64,000 bases of DNA from an uncultured delta proteobacterium (GTDB lineage: Bacteria; Myxococcota_A; Polyangia; Haliangiales; Haliangiaceae). Location of the stretch: assembly GCA_963774445.1 (NCBI GenBank), contig CAVZFC010000035.1, positions 197,470 through 261,469 on the forward strand, in the 5' to 3' direction. The position numbers were made by a program, and so were the translations under genes. The notes below the pieces were generated by a model that saw only the letters and a program-made list of their open reading frames with translations, searched no databases and had not been told where the DNA came from. The number at the start of each line of letters is the position of its first letter. Position 1 is the stretch's first letter. This document shows positions 62,835-64,000 of the stretch, in pieces.

Positions 62835-63026
62835 ACCGTTTCTCCTTGCCCGGCGTTGGGGGCGGCCGAGCGGCCGCGAGCCTAACATGACCGCCATACC
62901 CGCGGGTTGGGGCCGCAAGCCGGTAGAATCACTGCCCGTGGGCCCGGGACCAATCGTGAAGGCCGCGCTGATCACTGCCGCAACCGGGGCTGTCGTGGTC
63001 CGGCGGCTAGATGTCGGCGCCGCCGC

Positions 63027-64000
<974 letters not shown>

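Overview
This is a very GC-rich (~70%) bacterial chromosomal window, gene-dense on both strands, with no rRNA, tRNA, CRISPR array or mobile element visible. Several features point to Myxococcales: two clear MYXO-CTERM sorting tails, AgmX/PglI-type lipoprotein domains, three eukaryotic-like Ser/Thr kinases, many lipobox lipoproteins, and PilZ and MORN proteins. Recognisable blocks are a two-component signalling cluster (one sensor kinase with two complete kinase cores, an N-receiver kinase, a solute-binding-domain hybrid kinase); a lipid cluster (fused 3-hydroxyacyl-CoA dehydrogenase/enoyl-CoA hydratase, thiolase, WS/DGAT acyltransferase, DUF2723 membrane protein); a lipase plus PLP-dependent decarboxylase pair; secreted hydrolases (two trypsin-like proteases with cysteine-rich partners, M3, M13 and M48 metallopeptidases, GH1 beta-glucosidase, GH15-like glycosidase, PNGase F-like amidase); a ClC channel; and an OpuC-type ABC importer. 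The most unusual items are: a full-length bacterial homolog of the eukaryotic major vault protein; a bacterial homolog of lipase maturation factor (LMF1) immediately upstream of an alpha/beta hydrolase; a small secreted protein made of six 16-aa double-cysteine repeats (48-bp DNA tandem repeat) co-operonic with an FGE/SUMF1-family enzyme; a His1 (LPMO-like) MYXO-CTERM protein; and a PSCyt1 heme lipoprotein next to a fused beta-propeller/di-heme cytochrome c peroxidase. Four otherwise convincing genes are split across reading frames and one is interrupted by an in-frame TGA, so these are either sequencing/assembly errors or pseudogenes. Coordinates follow the supplied ORF track; many long GC-driven antisense ORFs were discarded. 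Starts are uncertain by a few codons because GTG/TTG starts are common here. Near 1980-2040 my single-base reading of the printed sequence disagreed with the ORF track by 1 nt, and I deferred to the track.
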